64,000 bases of DNA from Acidimicrobiia bacterium (GTDB lineage Bacteria > Actinomycetota > Acidimicrobiia > Spongiisociales > ZC4RG35): NCBI GenBank assembly GCA_040905905.1, contig JBBDQN010000032.1:30796-94795 (forward strand), read 5' to 3'. The position numbers and the translations under genes are program-made. Shown here piece after piece: positions 17,799 to 26,501 of the stretch. The first letter of the stretch is position 1. Every line of letters starts with the position of its first letter. The notes beneath the pieces are model-generated. The model searched no databases. It saw only the letters and a list, made by a program, of their open reading frames with translations, and was not told the origin of the DNA.

Positions 17799-18868
17799 CG
17801 ATCCCCGCAGTGGTGTTTGGCGGGCCCTCCGACGAACACGACATCTCGATCCTGACAGGCCTCCAGGTGAGTCATGCGCTGGCGGAGGTCAACGTCTTCT
17901 ACTGGAGTAAAGGGGGGCAATGGTTTCAAGTGGACGCCGACTCCGAAGCCGCTGACTTCATCGAGGGTCCGCCCCGTCGAGCCAAGACCGTGAACCTGAT
18001 TCCAGAGCTTGGCCAGGGTTTCGTCAGTAAGAAGCCCATCCCCGTCTCGGCGGTGGTCAATTGCTGCCACGGTGGGCCAGGCGAAGACGGTACGTTGCAA
18101 GGGATATTCGATCTGGCCGGAATCCGCTACACCGGGCCAGGCCAGGCGGCCTCGGCCCTTGGCATGGACAAGTTTGCATTCGGGGGGGCGATGGCTGCCG
18201 CCGGCTTGCCAACCTTGCCGCGGGCGTTGTTGGCCGCACCGGACCCAAAGGCGCCGGATTTCGCCGGCCCCTATATAGTCAAACCCCGGTTTGGTGGCTC
18301 TTCGATCGGAATCGAGGTGGTGGAGGATTGGTCCACGGCGATGGCTCTGGCCCGCTCTTCCCCATTCTTTGGCAACGGTGGGGTCGTCGAACCGTTTCTG
18401 GCTTCCAGCCGCGACCTTCAACTCGCGATCAGGACCTGGCCTGGCCTTGAGTTGTCGGCAATCGAGGCACCGCTCAGGGCGGGAGGCGGCATCTACTCCT
18501 ACAGTCAGAAGTACCTGGCCTGGGGAGGGGAGGTGTCCGGTGGTCGCGAATTGCCGGCCCGCGTCGATGAGAACGCCGAACACACTCTCCGGGACCTGGC
18601 CCGCCAGGTGGTAGCGGCCGCCGGGCTCCGCGGAGTCTGCCGGATCGACTTTCTGGAGATGGATGGCCAGGTTTGGGTCAACGAGGTCAACACCATCCCG
18701 GGCTCGATGGGCGCCTATCTCTGGATCGACCCGCCCATCTCGCGACCTGCCTTGTTCAAGGCCATGCTCGAGGAGGCGATGGCGTCACCAGCGAGGAGGT
18801 TCTCGACTGCGGGCTCGGACGGGACGGCCTTGCGGTCGGCCGGAGCCATCGCCGGCAAACTCGGCTAA
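17795..18868 (+). CDS. ddl: D-alanine--D-alanine ligase family (ATP-grasp)
   Basis: VVFGGPSDEHDISILTG, CHGGPGEDGTLQGIFDLAGIRYTG, YIVKPRFGGSSIGI, CRIDFL...VNEVNTIPG. ATGA overlap with the MurF-like gene. Confidence 0.85.
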   Translation: MTIPAVVFGGPSDEHDISILTGLQVSHALAEVNVFYWSKGGQWFQVDADSEAADFIEGPPRRAKTVNLIPELGQGFVSKKPIPVSAVVNCCHGGPGEDGTLQGIFDLAGIRYTGPGQAASALGMDKFAFGGAMAAAGLPTLPRALLAAPDPKAPDFAGPYIVKPRFGGSSIGIEVVEDWSTAMALARSSPFFGNGGVVEPFLASSRDLQLAIRTWPGLELSAIEAPLRAGGGIYSYSQKYLAWGGEVSGGRELPARVDENAEHTLRDLARQVVAAAGLRGVCRIDFLEMDGQVWVNEVNTIPGSMGAYLWIDPPISRPALFKAMLEEAMASPARRFSTAGSDGTALRSAGAIAGKLG

Positions 18869-18889
18869 CCCTCCTCGACGCCGTCGTTA

Positions 18890-19123
18890 TTAGAGGTGAA
18901 CTACCGGGCAGGTCAGGGTGCGGGTGATTCCGTCAATCATCTGGATGCGGGCGACTACCAGTTTGCCTAATGCATCAACATCCTCGGCCGACGCTTTGAC
19001 GATGACGTCGTAGGGACCGGTGACGTCGTCGGCTGACTCGACGCCAGGGATCTTGCGGACTTCCTCGGCGACCAGCGCCGCCTTGCCAACCTCGGTCTGG
19101 ATGAGCACGAACGCTTGGACCAC
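18890..19123 (-). CDS. stand-alone Lrp/AsnC ligand-binding (RAM) domain protein
   Basis: MVQAFVLIQTEVGK...VESADDVTGPYDVIVKA...ITRTLT. This is the typical AsnC_trans_reg fold signature without an HTH. Confidence 0.65.
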   Translation of the reverse strand: MVQAFVLIQTEVGKAALVAEEVRKIPGVESADDVTGPYDVIVKASAEDVDALGKLVVARIQMIDGITRTLTCPVVHL

Positions 19124-19197
19124 GAATCCTCCCTCTGGATCGCTGTTACTTATGGGGGTGGCCGCGGCGGACTATAACGATTGGGCGGTTCCGGCGC

Positions 19198-19410
19198 TTA
19201 ATAGCCGTCCGACCCGATGCGCACGGAGGCGGCGAAGGGCCGCCCCTCTTCAGTGACAACGTCAAAGACGATGCGCTGGCCCTGGCGGAGCATGCGAAAT
19301 ATCGAACCGGCCAGAGATCCGGGGCGCAACAACACCTCGCTGCGGTCCTCGTCGCTGACGACGATGCCAGCACCGGTCAGGGGGTCGTAGAGTTTGACGA
19401 CTCCCTGCAT
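19198..19410 (-). CDS. cold-shock-domain-like small protein
   Basis: MQGVVKLYDPLTGAGIVVSDE...VLLRPGSL...GQRIVFDV is an OB/CSD-like pattern. Lies immediately downstream of rpmB. Confidence 0.5.
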   Translation of the reverse strand: MQGVVKLYDPLTGAGIVVSDEDRSEVLLRPGSLAGSIFRMLRQGQRIVFDVVTEEGRPFAASVRIGSDGY

Positions 19411-19413
19411 GGC

Positions 19414-19602
19414 TCAGCCCTTTTGGACCTTGCCTGCCCTGATGCAGGAGGTGCAGACCCGGGCACGGCGCGTGTTGGACCCGTGGGTCACTCGCACTCT
19501 CTGGATGTTGGGCAGCCAGCGACGGTTGTTGCGCTTGTGGGAGAAGCTCACGGTTTTGCCGTAGCCAGGCTCTTTGCCGCAGATTTCACACCGGTAGGAC
19601 AT
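19414..19602 (-). CDS. rpmB: 50S ribosomal protein L28 (Cys4, zinc-ribbon form)
   Basis: ORF 19414..19716 trimmed to ATG 19602: [38 protein letters not shown]...[10 protein letters not shown]. Confidence 0.9.
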   Translation of the reverse strand: MSYRCEICGKEPGYGKTVSFSHKRNNRRWLPNIQRVRVTHGSNTRRARVCTSCIRAGKVQKG

Positions 19603-19727
19603 AGAAGGAAGGAGGCTAATCGGGGGGTGGGACGTAACGCGAATCAAGTCGGAAGTTGGAAGCCGCAATCCCCAACGCGTCAGAGCTTCCGTCTTCTGCT
19701 TGCCGTCTTCCGTCATAACCTTGGCTG

Positions 19728-21893
19728 GTGAGGTCCCTCGCTTATCTGGCCACTGTCGACATCGCCAAGGTGCCCGGGCTGGGCGGCCAGGGGGGAGTGA
19801 CCCTTCGCAAAGCCGGGATCAGCACGGTGGCCGACCTCCTGCTTCTGGCACCTCGCAAGTACCTCGATCGCAGTCGCACCGAGCCCATCGCCCAAGCACC
19901 GGTTGGCGAAGAGGTGACCCTCCTCGTTCGGGTCGTTTCTTCTGGGACCCGCAGGCCCCGGCGCAACCTTGTGATTGTCGAGGCCCGACTTACGGACGGG
20001 ACCGCGACGTTCAAGGCGGTGTGGTTCAACCAGCTCTTCCGGGAACGGCAGTTAGAAGTCGGGGCTGAGGTGGCCATATCGGGCAAACTCGAACGATTTC
20101 GCGGGAACCTGCAGATGAACAACCCGGCAGTGGACATCGTCGACTCGCCCAAAGAGTCGCTCAGGACCGGACGGGTCGTTCCCATCCACCCGCAAATGGG
20201 CAAGATCAAGGCGGGTCACATCCGGCGCTGGATCCACAACGCTTTGGGGGTGGCCGGGGGCATATCTGAGGTCGTGCCGGCCGAGATTCTCCACCGCCAG
20301 GGCGTGGTAGGCCGCGACGACGCGTTTGCGAATATCCACTTCCCTCCCACCCCCGAAGACGCGGCCGTCGCCCGCCGCCGTCTGGTATTCGATGAGTTCT
20401 TTCGCCTGGAGCTGGCACTGGCGCTCCAAAAGCGGAGACAGATGGCGGAGGCCAGGGGCACCGCTCATCAAATCGAGGGCGAGCTGGTCTCGCGTTTCGT
20501 ATCCGGGCTGCCCTACGACCTGACGGCCTCACAGCACAAGGTGATCGCTGAGATCAACGCCGATCTCGCCTCAGGTCACCCGATGCATCGGCTGTTGCAG
20601 GGGGAGGTGGGGTCGGGCAAGACCGTCGTGGCAGTCGCGACACTCCTGGTGGCGATACAGGGTGGGTGGCAGGGAGCCGTGATGGCGCCCACCGAAGTTC
20701 TGGCAGAACAACACTTTCTGGCAATTCGTGCGCTGCTGGAAATGGCGGGGCTCTCCCCGGTAGAGGAAGGTGACGGGGCTCGCAGAGGAATGGCCAACCT
20801 CTTCGCCACCGACAAACCCCAGGTGCGGATGGTGGTCCTGACGTCGTCACAGGCCAGGGCCAACTACGACCCTGGAGCGAGCCGGACCGAGATCATCGAG
20901 GCGATTGCCTCCGGCAACGTCGATCTGGTCATCGGCACTCACTCACTCATTCAGGAAGGAGTCGACTTCGCCCGGCTGGCGATTGCAGTGATCGACGAAC
21001 AACACCGCTTCGGGGTCGGTCAACGCGTCCTCCTGAAGGAGAAGGCCACCGAATCCGACCCGGACCTGCTGATCATGACTGCCACCCCGATTCCCCGGAC
21101 GCTGTCCATGACCCTGTATGGAGATCTCGATGTGTCGATCATCGCCGAGATGCCCCCTGGACGATCACCGGTCAAGACCATCGCCCTGGGATGGGCCAGC
21201 CAGCAGCGGGCCTGGGACCTTGTCGAGAGAGAAGTCAAAGAGGGCAGGCAGGCATTCGTGGTGTGCCCGCTCGTCGAAGACAGCCCCAAGATCGAGGTCA
21301 CGTCGGCGACCTCAGAGTTTGAACGGCTGCAAGCGATCGTGGCGGACCTGCGGCTGGGGCTGATCCACGGTCAACTTCACTCCCGCGACAAAGAAGCAGT
21401 AATGGCCGCATTTCGGGCGGGCGAGATCGACGTCCTCGTGTCGACCACCGTGATCGAAGTGGGAATCGACGTTCCCAACGCGACGGTGATGGTGATAGAA
21501 GATGCCGATCGCTTCGGACTGTCCCAACTCCACCAGCTCAGGGGCAGGGTTGGCCGCGGTGCCCATCAGGGAACCTGTGTCTTGATCGCCGACCCCACCA
21601 CTGAGGAGGGTGAGACGCGGTTGTCGGCGATGGTCGCCACCAACGACGGGTTTCGGCTGGCGGAAGAGGACTTGCGGCTGCGCGGCCAGGGAACGGTGTT
21701 TGGAGCGCGCCAGTCGGGAATAGCCGATCTTCGCCTAGCGGACCTTCTCGCCGACTTCGATCAACTGGTCGCCGCCCGGACCGAGGCGTTCGCATTAGTG
21801 GATCGCGACCCCGACCTCTCCTCCCACCCCGACCTACGCGAGGAGGTCCGAGTCATGCTGGGCGAACGGGTGGAGTGGCTCTTCCGGTCCTAA
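19728..21893 (+). CDS. recG: ATP-dependent DNA helicase RecG
   Basis: Wedge/OB N-terminus, [45 protein letters not shown], and the TRG motif region. Confidence 0.92.
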   Translation: MRSLAYLATVDIAKVPGLGGQGGVTLRKAGISTVADLLLLAPRKYLDRSRTEPIAQAPVGEEVTLLVRVVSSGTRRPRRNLVIVEARLTDGTATFKAVWFNQLFRERQLEVGAEVAISGKLERFRGNLQMNNPAVDIVDSPKESLRTGRVVPIHPQMGKIKAGHIRRWIHNALGVAGGISEVVPAEILHRQGVVGRDDAFANIHFPPTPEDAAVARRRLVFDEFFRLELALALQKRRQMAEARGTAHQIEGELVSRFVSGLPYDLTASQHKVIAEINADLASGHPMHRLLQGEVGSGKTVVAVATLLVAIQGGWQGAVMAPTEVLAEQHFLAIRALLEMAGLSPVEEGDGARRGMANLFATDKPQVRMVVLTSSQARANYDPGASRTEIIEAIASGNVDLVIGTHSLIQEGVDFARLAIAVIDEQHRFGVGQRVLLKEKATESDPDLLIMTATPIPRTLSMTLYGDLDVSIIAEMPPGRSPVKTIALGWASQQRAWDLVEREVKEGRQAFVVCPLVEDSPKIEVTSATSEFERLQAIVADLRLGLIHGQLHSRDKEAVMAAFRAGEIDVLVSTTVIEVGIDVPNATVMVIEDADRFGLSQLHQLRGRVGRGAHQGTCVLIADPTTEEGETRLSAMVATNDGFRLAEEDLRLRGQGTVFGARQSGIADLRLADLLADFDQLVAARTEAFALVDRDPDLSSHPDLREEVRVMLGERVEWLFRS

Positions 21894-21907
21894 CGGGTCG
21901 CGGAGGG

Positions 21908-22429
21908 CTAGATGAACAGCTGAACGTCGGCGTCACCGGCGAAGTCGAGGAAGGCAGCAGCCCCCGCGACGAGGCAGCCGTCGATGAGGTCGCGGTCCTT
22001 GACGCCCATCACTCCCATGGTGGTTGAGCATGCGAAGAACTTGACGCCCTGGCCTTTGGCCATCTCGATGAACTCGGTGACGGGAGGCATCTTGGCGTCG
22101 CGCATCCACTTCTTCATGATCCCGGTGGCGGCGGCAGTGGCGCCCGGAATTGCTCCCAGAAGATTGGGCAGCTGTATGGGTCCCGAAGGATTGGCGAGCG
22201 ACGCCACCTTCAGTTTCGGGAGACGTTTGCGGTGGATGATGTCGAGTCCGTAGAACGTGAAATATACCCCGGCCTCCCAACCCAGGCTGGCGGCGGTGGT
22301 CGCCAGGATCAGAGGTGGGTACGCCTGATCCAGGGTTCCTTTGGAGGCAACCAGGGCGATGCGCTTGGGTCGGCGGGCAGGCTCCGCTTCCGAATCAGTC
22401 GGCGCCAGGTTGAGCGCAGCGGTAGTCAT
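21908..22429 (-). CDS. DsrE/DsrF-like sulfur-relay family protein
   Basis: KRIALVASKGTLDQAYPPLILATTAASLGWEAGVYFTFYGL...FFACSTTMGVMG. 4-nt overlap with the TusA-like gene. Confidence 0.65.
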   Translation of the reverse strand: MTTAALNLAPTDSEAEPARRPKRIALVASKGTLDQAYPPLILATTAASLGWEAGVYFTFYGLDIIHRKRLPKLKVASLANPSGPIQLPNLLGAIPGATAAATGIMKKWMRDAKMPPVTEFIEMAKGQGVKFFACSTTMGVMGVKDRDLIDGCLVAGAAAFLDFAGDADVQLFI

Positions 22430-22677
22430 CGTGGTGATCCCTTCTCTATCCAGAAGAGCTGGCGGCTTCCCTGGTTGTCGGCGCCAAGCAACGCATCGCC
22501 GCGCTGGCGAGCCAGGGCAGGGATGTCTTCGAGGGCTCCAGGGTCGGTGGTGATGATGTGCAGCACCTCACCGGTGGCGAGGCGGTTGAGCACCAACCCC
22601 GCCTTGTAGACCGGCAACGGGCACAACAGCCCGGAGGTATCGAGGGTCTCGGTTGGTTCTTTTTTCGGCGTGGCCAT
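22426..22677 (-). CDS. TusA/SirA-family sulfur carrier protein
   Basis: LDTSGLLCPLPVYKAGLVLNRL with the CPxP active-site motif. 83 aa. Confidence 0.8.
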   Translation of the reverse strand: MATPKKEPTETLDTSGLLCPLPVYKAGLVLNRLATGEVLHIITTDPGALEDIPALARQRGDALLGADNQGSRQLFWIEKGSPR

Positions 22678-22689
22678 ACGGTGTCCTTC

Positions 22690-23106
22690 CTAACTTCCGT
22701 CTTCCGTCTTCGGTCTTCCGGGATCCCTTCCTCGGCGAGTCCGTCCGCGAAAAAGCTCGTGTACTTGAACCCCGGGTCGGGTGAGATCCCCACGGTCAGA
22801 CCTGGCGAGTCGAGCCGGGTGGTCGCCTCGACCACGGCACCGGTCGAGGGCCCCACCATTAACGCTTCCTCCCGGAAGAGTCGCTTGGTCATGGAATAGA
22901 TAGGCGGCGGCCCGATCCTTGATGGAGCCGAAAGGGTTGAACCACTCGAGCTTCAGATAGACCTGGCCGGGAGGCGGCACGATCCGGCTTACCAGGACCA
23001 TTGGACTCGGATTGTCGAGGTCGGGCAAGAGTTGGCGGATGTCGTCGAACCGTCTCAAACGGCGATCACTTTGCAGTTGTAGTTGTCTGGATATCGAGGT
23101 GGTCAA
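22690..23106 (-). pseudogene. cysteine synthase (CysK/CysM family) remnant with large internal deletion and frameshift
   Basis: The TTG-start frame gives the PLP-enzyme N-terminus ...VYLKLEWFNPFGSIKDRAAAYL and then nonsense. The overlapping frame (ORF 22446..22892) gives the family C-terminus TKRLFREEALMVGPSTGAVVEA...GISPDPGFKYTSFF. The ~170-200 aa in between are absent. Confidence 0.7.
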
Positions 23107-23118
23107 AGGCCTTCTCCC

Positions 23119-23156
23119 GGAAAAGAAAAAGACCCGCCCATTTGCCGGTGCGGGTC
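23119..23156 (-). terminator. intrinsic terminator (attenuator candidate)
   Basis: Minus-sense GACCCGC-ACCGGCAAAUGG-GCGGGUC followed by UUUUUCUUUU. It lies between the poly-Cys sORF and the RBS/TTG of the cysteine-synthase remnant. Confidence 0.7.
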
Positions 23157-23184
23157 TCGAGTGGAGTCTTGTCGCAGTTGAGCG

Positions 23185-23265
23185 CTAAGCAGTCTCCTCG
23201 CCGCACGGCACGGCCGCACACACGCAAGCGCAGAGACAGGCGCAGGAGGTACGGGCGAGGTTCAT
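23185..23265 (-). CDS. polycysteine leader peptide (26 aa)
   Basis: ATG 23265 to TAG 23187-23185: MNLARTSCACLCACVCAAVPCGEETA, 6 Cys including C-x-C-x-C-x-C-x-C. A TACACT -10-like hexamer lies 9 nt upstream of the ATG (leaderless or near-leaderless). The terminator is 28 nt downstream. Confidence 0.55.
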   Translation of the reverse strand: MNLARTSCACLCACVCAAVPCGEETA

Positions 23266-23309
23266 CCGAGGTTGAGTGTACGCACCTTTTGGTGATGGGA
23301 CAATGGCCA

Positions 23310-23855
23310 ATGCGCGTGATCGCCGGGTCGGCCAAGGGGCGGCGTCTGATCGGACCCGATTCGATGGCGACCCGTCCGCTGACCGATCGGGCGAAAGAAG
23401 CGGTCTTCTCATCGCTGGCAGACCGGGTGATCGATGCCGACGTGCTCGACCTCTACGCCGGCTCCGGGAGCCTCGGGATCGAAGCGATGTCCCGCGGAGC
23501 GATCCGAGCGGTGTTTGTCGAGAAGGGTCGCAAGGCCCTTGAAGCGTTACGTCGGAACCTGACGACGGTTGGTTTTGACAACGTGGTAGTCGTGGGTCAG
23601 GACGTCGAAGGATTCGTCGAAACGTCCCACGGCGAGTTCGATCTCGTATTTTGTGATCCGCCCTGGGCGATGCCGACAGAAGATGTCGAGGTTGTCATGG
23701 CGAAAGTTGACCGGATCACCGCCGATGGGGCGGAGTTCATCGTCCAACGCCAGAAGGCGGATCGGGAGCCGCAACCACCCCCCGGCTGGCGACATGTCAC
23801 CACTCGGCGGTATGGAGACGGCAAGATATGTCGGTACGTGAAGGAGACCACCTGA
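23310..23855 (+). CDS. rsmD: 16S rRNA (guanine966-N2)-methyltransferase RsmD
   Basis: ORF 23001..23855 trimmed to ATG 23310: MRVIAGSAKGRRL...RPLTDRAKEAVFS...DLYAGSGSLGIEAMSRGA...VFCDPPW. Confidence 0.88.
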   Translation: MRVIAGSAKGRRLIGPDSMATRPLTDRAKEAVFSSLADRVIDADVLDLYAGSGSLGIEAMSRGAIRAVFVEKGRKALEALRRNLTTVGFDNVVVVGQDVEGFVETSHGEFDLVFCDPPWAMPTEDVEVVMAKVDRITADGAEFIVQRQKADREPQPPPGWRHVTTRRYGDGKICRYVKETT

Positions 23856-24316
23856 CCACAGCCCTCTGCCCGGGGAGTTTTGATCCCCCCACCAACGGCC
23901 ATCTCGATGTCATCTATCGCAGCCTCGAGATTTTTGAACGGGTGGTGGTGGGGGTGGTTCACAACCCGTCAAAGACCCCGTTCTTGCCCGCGGAGGAACG
24001 GGTAGCACTGCTGGCGGACCTGGTCGAGGGGCGAGCCGAGGTGGAGGCTTTTGAGGGGCTCCTGGTCGACTTTGCCCGCACGAAATCGGTTGATGTGGTG
24101 GTCAAAGGGGTGCGAGTAGTCAGTGACTTCGACTACGAGCTTCAGATGGCGCAGATGAACTGGACCCTGGCCGGGACCGAGACCCTTCTCATCCCCAGCA
24201 ACCCGCAATGGGGCTACCTGTCGTCGTCGCTCGTCCGGGAAATCGCCCGGCTGGGGGGCGACGTCGATAGCCTCGTACCTCCCAACGTGGCTAAGGCCCT
24301 GAAGGAGCGCTTGTGA
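23828..24316 (+). CDS. coaD: phosphopantetheine adenylyltransferase
   Basis: CPGSFDPPTNGHLDVI, VVKGVRVVSDFDYELQMAQMN, SSSLVREI. Confidence 0.9.
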   Translation: MSVREGDHLTTALCPGSFDPPTNGHLDVIYRSLEIFERVVVGVVHNPSKTPFLPAEERVALLADLVEGRAEVEAFEGLLVDFARTKSVDVVVKGVRVVSDFDYELQMAQMNWTLAGTETLLIPSNPQWGYLSSSLVREIARLGGDVDSLVPPNVAKALKERL

Positions 24317-24837
24317 TGAGCGACGAATCACTCCATGCCGCCATCGAATCGAGGCTGCATGACACGACCGACGTTTTTGAGCTGATCGAGAGCCTCATCG
24401 CCGAAGTGCAGGAAGCCAAGTCGGTGCCTTTGTCCGGCAGCGTGATAATGGACCGCGAAATGCTCATCGACCAGTTGCAGAAACTTCAGGTGATCCTCCC
24501 CGACGAATTGCGAGCAGCTCGCTGGATGGTGCGGGAGCGGGAGGCTTTCATCGCTAGAACCAACGAGAAGGCCCGCGACCTCCTGGATAAGGCGCAGACC
24601 GAGTCGAGACGGCTCGTGGGCGATACATACGTGCTTGGCGAGGCAGTGGAGGAAGCCAACCTGCTCGTCCGACGCGCCGAAGGTGATGCCCGGCGGATGC
24701 GACTCGAATCCGAGGACGATATCGACAGCCATCTCAGCCGGGTCGAAACGCTTCTGACCGAGTTGTTGGGACGGGTTCATTATGCGCGGGACGAGTTCCA
24801 TAAGGCCCGCCCCAAACCGCCTGAACCGCCCATCTGA
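24313..24837 (+). CDS. conserved coiled-coil protein of unknown function
   Basis: ORF track. Heptad-rich and acidic. Sits between coaD and yceD. No catalytic motif. Confidence 0.55.
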   Translation: MMSDESLHAAIESRLHDTTDVFELIESLIAEVQEAKSVPLSGSVIMDREMLIDQLQKLQVILPDELRAARWMVREREAFIARTNEKARDLLDKAQTESRRLVGDTYVLGEAVEEANLLVRRAEGDARRMRLESEDDIDSHLSRVETLLTELLGRVHYARDEFHKARPKPPEPPI

Positions 24838-24844
24838 GAAGCCG

Positions 24845-25342
24845 ATGTCCGGGCTTGCCTTCGACGTTGGCGACCTCGTCGGCCACCCGGGTCTGTATCG
24901 GCAGGTGCAGGGCGAGTTGGGAGTCAAGTTCGAGGTGGGGGAATCAACGGTTGACGACAATGCAGTTGTCAATGCCCGTCTGGAGTGGATTTCGGACGGC
25001 GTGCTGGTCACGGCTTCCGCCACGACCGTTGTCACCCATCAATGTGCCCGGTGTCTGACCGAGTGGACCGGAGAACTGGAGGTGAGGTTCACCGAGATGT
25101 TTGCCCGGCATCCCACCGAGGAGCAGTCCGGTGTCAACCCGGACGCCACCGTTGACCTCGGGCCGGTTGTCCATGATGAGCTCTCCCTGGCCCTTCCCTC
25201 GGACCCGATATGCCGCCCCGATTGCCAAGGACTTTGCCCAACGTGTGGAGCCGACTTGAATGTGGAGCCCTGCGCAGGCCACGGCGACGAATCGGCCTCG
25301 CCTTTTGCCGCGCTAAAACAGTTGTTCGAAGCCGAAACCTGA
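24845..25342 (+). CDS. yceD: YceD/DUF177 family protein
   Basis: Trimmed to ATG 24845 (MSGLAFDVGDL). CARCL...CRPDCQGLCPTCGADLN. Immediately upstream of rpmF, as is usual. Confidence 0.8.
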   Translation: MSGLAFDVGDLVGHPGLYRQVQGELGVKFEVGESTVDDNAVVNARLEWISDGVLVTASATTVVTHQCARCLTEWTGELEVRFTEMFARHPTEEQSGVNPDATVDLGPVVHDELSLALPSDPICRPDCQGLCPTCGADLNVEPCAGHGDESASPFAALKQLFEAET

Positions 25343-25353
25343 AGGAGTGCACC

Positions 25354-25530
25354 ATGGCGGTGCCAAAGAAAAAGAGTTCGCGCATGCGCACCCACCATCG
25401 CCGTTCGGCATGGAAGGCTGCCAAGCCGCCGTTATCGATCTGTCCGCGTTGCAATGCCCAGAAGCTGCCCCATAGGGCTTGTCTGAACTGCGGCACCTAT
25501 CGCGACCGCGAGGTGCTCGAAACCGAATGA
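25354..25530 (+). CDS. rpmF: 50S ribosomal protein L32 (Cys4 form)
   Basis: GAAGGAG RBS at 25341-47. MAVPKKKSSRMRTHHRRSAWK...CPRCNAQKLPHRACLNCG. Confidence 0.92.
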   Translation: MAVPKKKSSRMRTHHRRSAWKAAKPPLSICPRCNAQKLPHRACLNCGTYRDREVLETE

Positions 25531-26501
25531 TCCCGATCGCCCTCGACGCCATGGGGGGCGACCGAGCCCCGGCGGAGGTGGTGGCGGGCGCCGTTGAGGC
25601 GGCCGCAGAAGGCGTCGAGACGATCCTGGTTGGAGACGAACACCGTCTCAAATTCGAACTGGCCGGTCTCGGCGCCGACCTTCCCATCGTCCATGCCGCT
25701 GACGTGGTCACGATGGATGACGATCCCCGCCGGGCCTTGCGGGAGAAACCCGACTCTTCGGTCAGCGTCGCCGCCCGCCTGGTTCGAGACGGCGTGGCCG
25801 GGGCGCTGGTCTCGGCTGGTTCGACCGGGGCCGCGATGGCAGCTGCCGCCATCGTGATCGGCCGGTCACCCGGGGTTCAACGACCAACGATCGCTTCGGT
25901 CTTCCCCACCCTCGGCAGTCCCACCCTGGTGCTCGACAGCGGAGCCAATCCCGAGGTGAAGCCCAAACATCTGGTGCAGTTTGCATTGATGGGATCGGTG
26001 GCGGCGGAGGTCTTCTTCGGGATGGACAATCCCCGGGTCGGCCTTCTCAACAACGGCGAGGAGCCGGGCAAGGGAAGGTCGCTCGAAAAGGAGAGTCATG
26101 CCCTCCTCACCGCCGCCGCCGTTAACTTTGTTGGCAATGTCGAAGGCCGTGATCTGGCCCTCGACCGGGCGGATGTGATCGTCACCGACGGTTTCGTCGG
26201 CAACATCTTTCTGAAGACCACCGAAGGTGTTGCTCAGATGGTTATCGCGCTGGTGACAGAAGCGCTGGGCGGGCTCGACGGCGCAACCTTGTCAAAGGTT
26301 GAAATGGCGCTGCAGCCGGTTCGTCAGAGGCTCGACTACGAACACACTGGCGGCGCTCATCTACTCGGGGTGGGAGGGGTGGTGGTCATCGCCCATGGCG
26401 CCTCCTCACGGCTGGCCATTGCCAATGCTCTACGTCAGGCCAGGGACGGCATCGCCCGTGACCTGGTGGCGAGGGTTACCGCCCGCCTTGCCCAGGAATG
26501 A
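25527..26501 (+). CDS. plsX: phosphate acyltransferase PlsX
   Basis: ATGA overlap with rpmF. MIPIALDAMGGDRAP..., GNVEGRD, DGFVGNIFLKT. Confidence 0.9.
   Translation: MIPIALDAMGGDRAPAEVVAGAVEAAAEGVETILVGDEHRLKFELAGLGADLPIVHAADVVTMDDDPRRALREKPDSSVSVAARLVRDGVAGALVSAGSTGAAMAAAAIVIGRSPGVQRPTIASVFPTLGSPTLVLDSGANPEVKPKHLVQFALMGSVAAEVFFGMDNPRVGLLNNGEEPGKGRSLEKESHALLTAAAVNFVGNVEGRDLALDRADVIVTDGFVGNIFLKTTEGVAQMVIALVTEALGGLDGATLSKVEMALQPVRQRLDYEHTGGAHLLGVGGVVVIAHGASSRLAIANALRQARDGIARDLVARVTARLAQE

Noticed and set aside
23001-23309. 103-codon N-terminal extension of the rsmD ORF, and minus ORFs 23066..23335 and 23185..23412
   Set aside because: The extension runs through the terminator, leader and cysteine-synthase start region and has no protein-like composition. 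RsmD homology begins at MRVIAG (23310). Of the minus ORFs, only the last 26 codons (the poly-Cys sORF) are kept.
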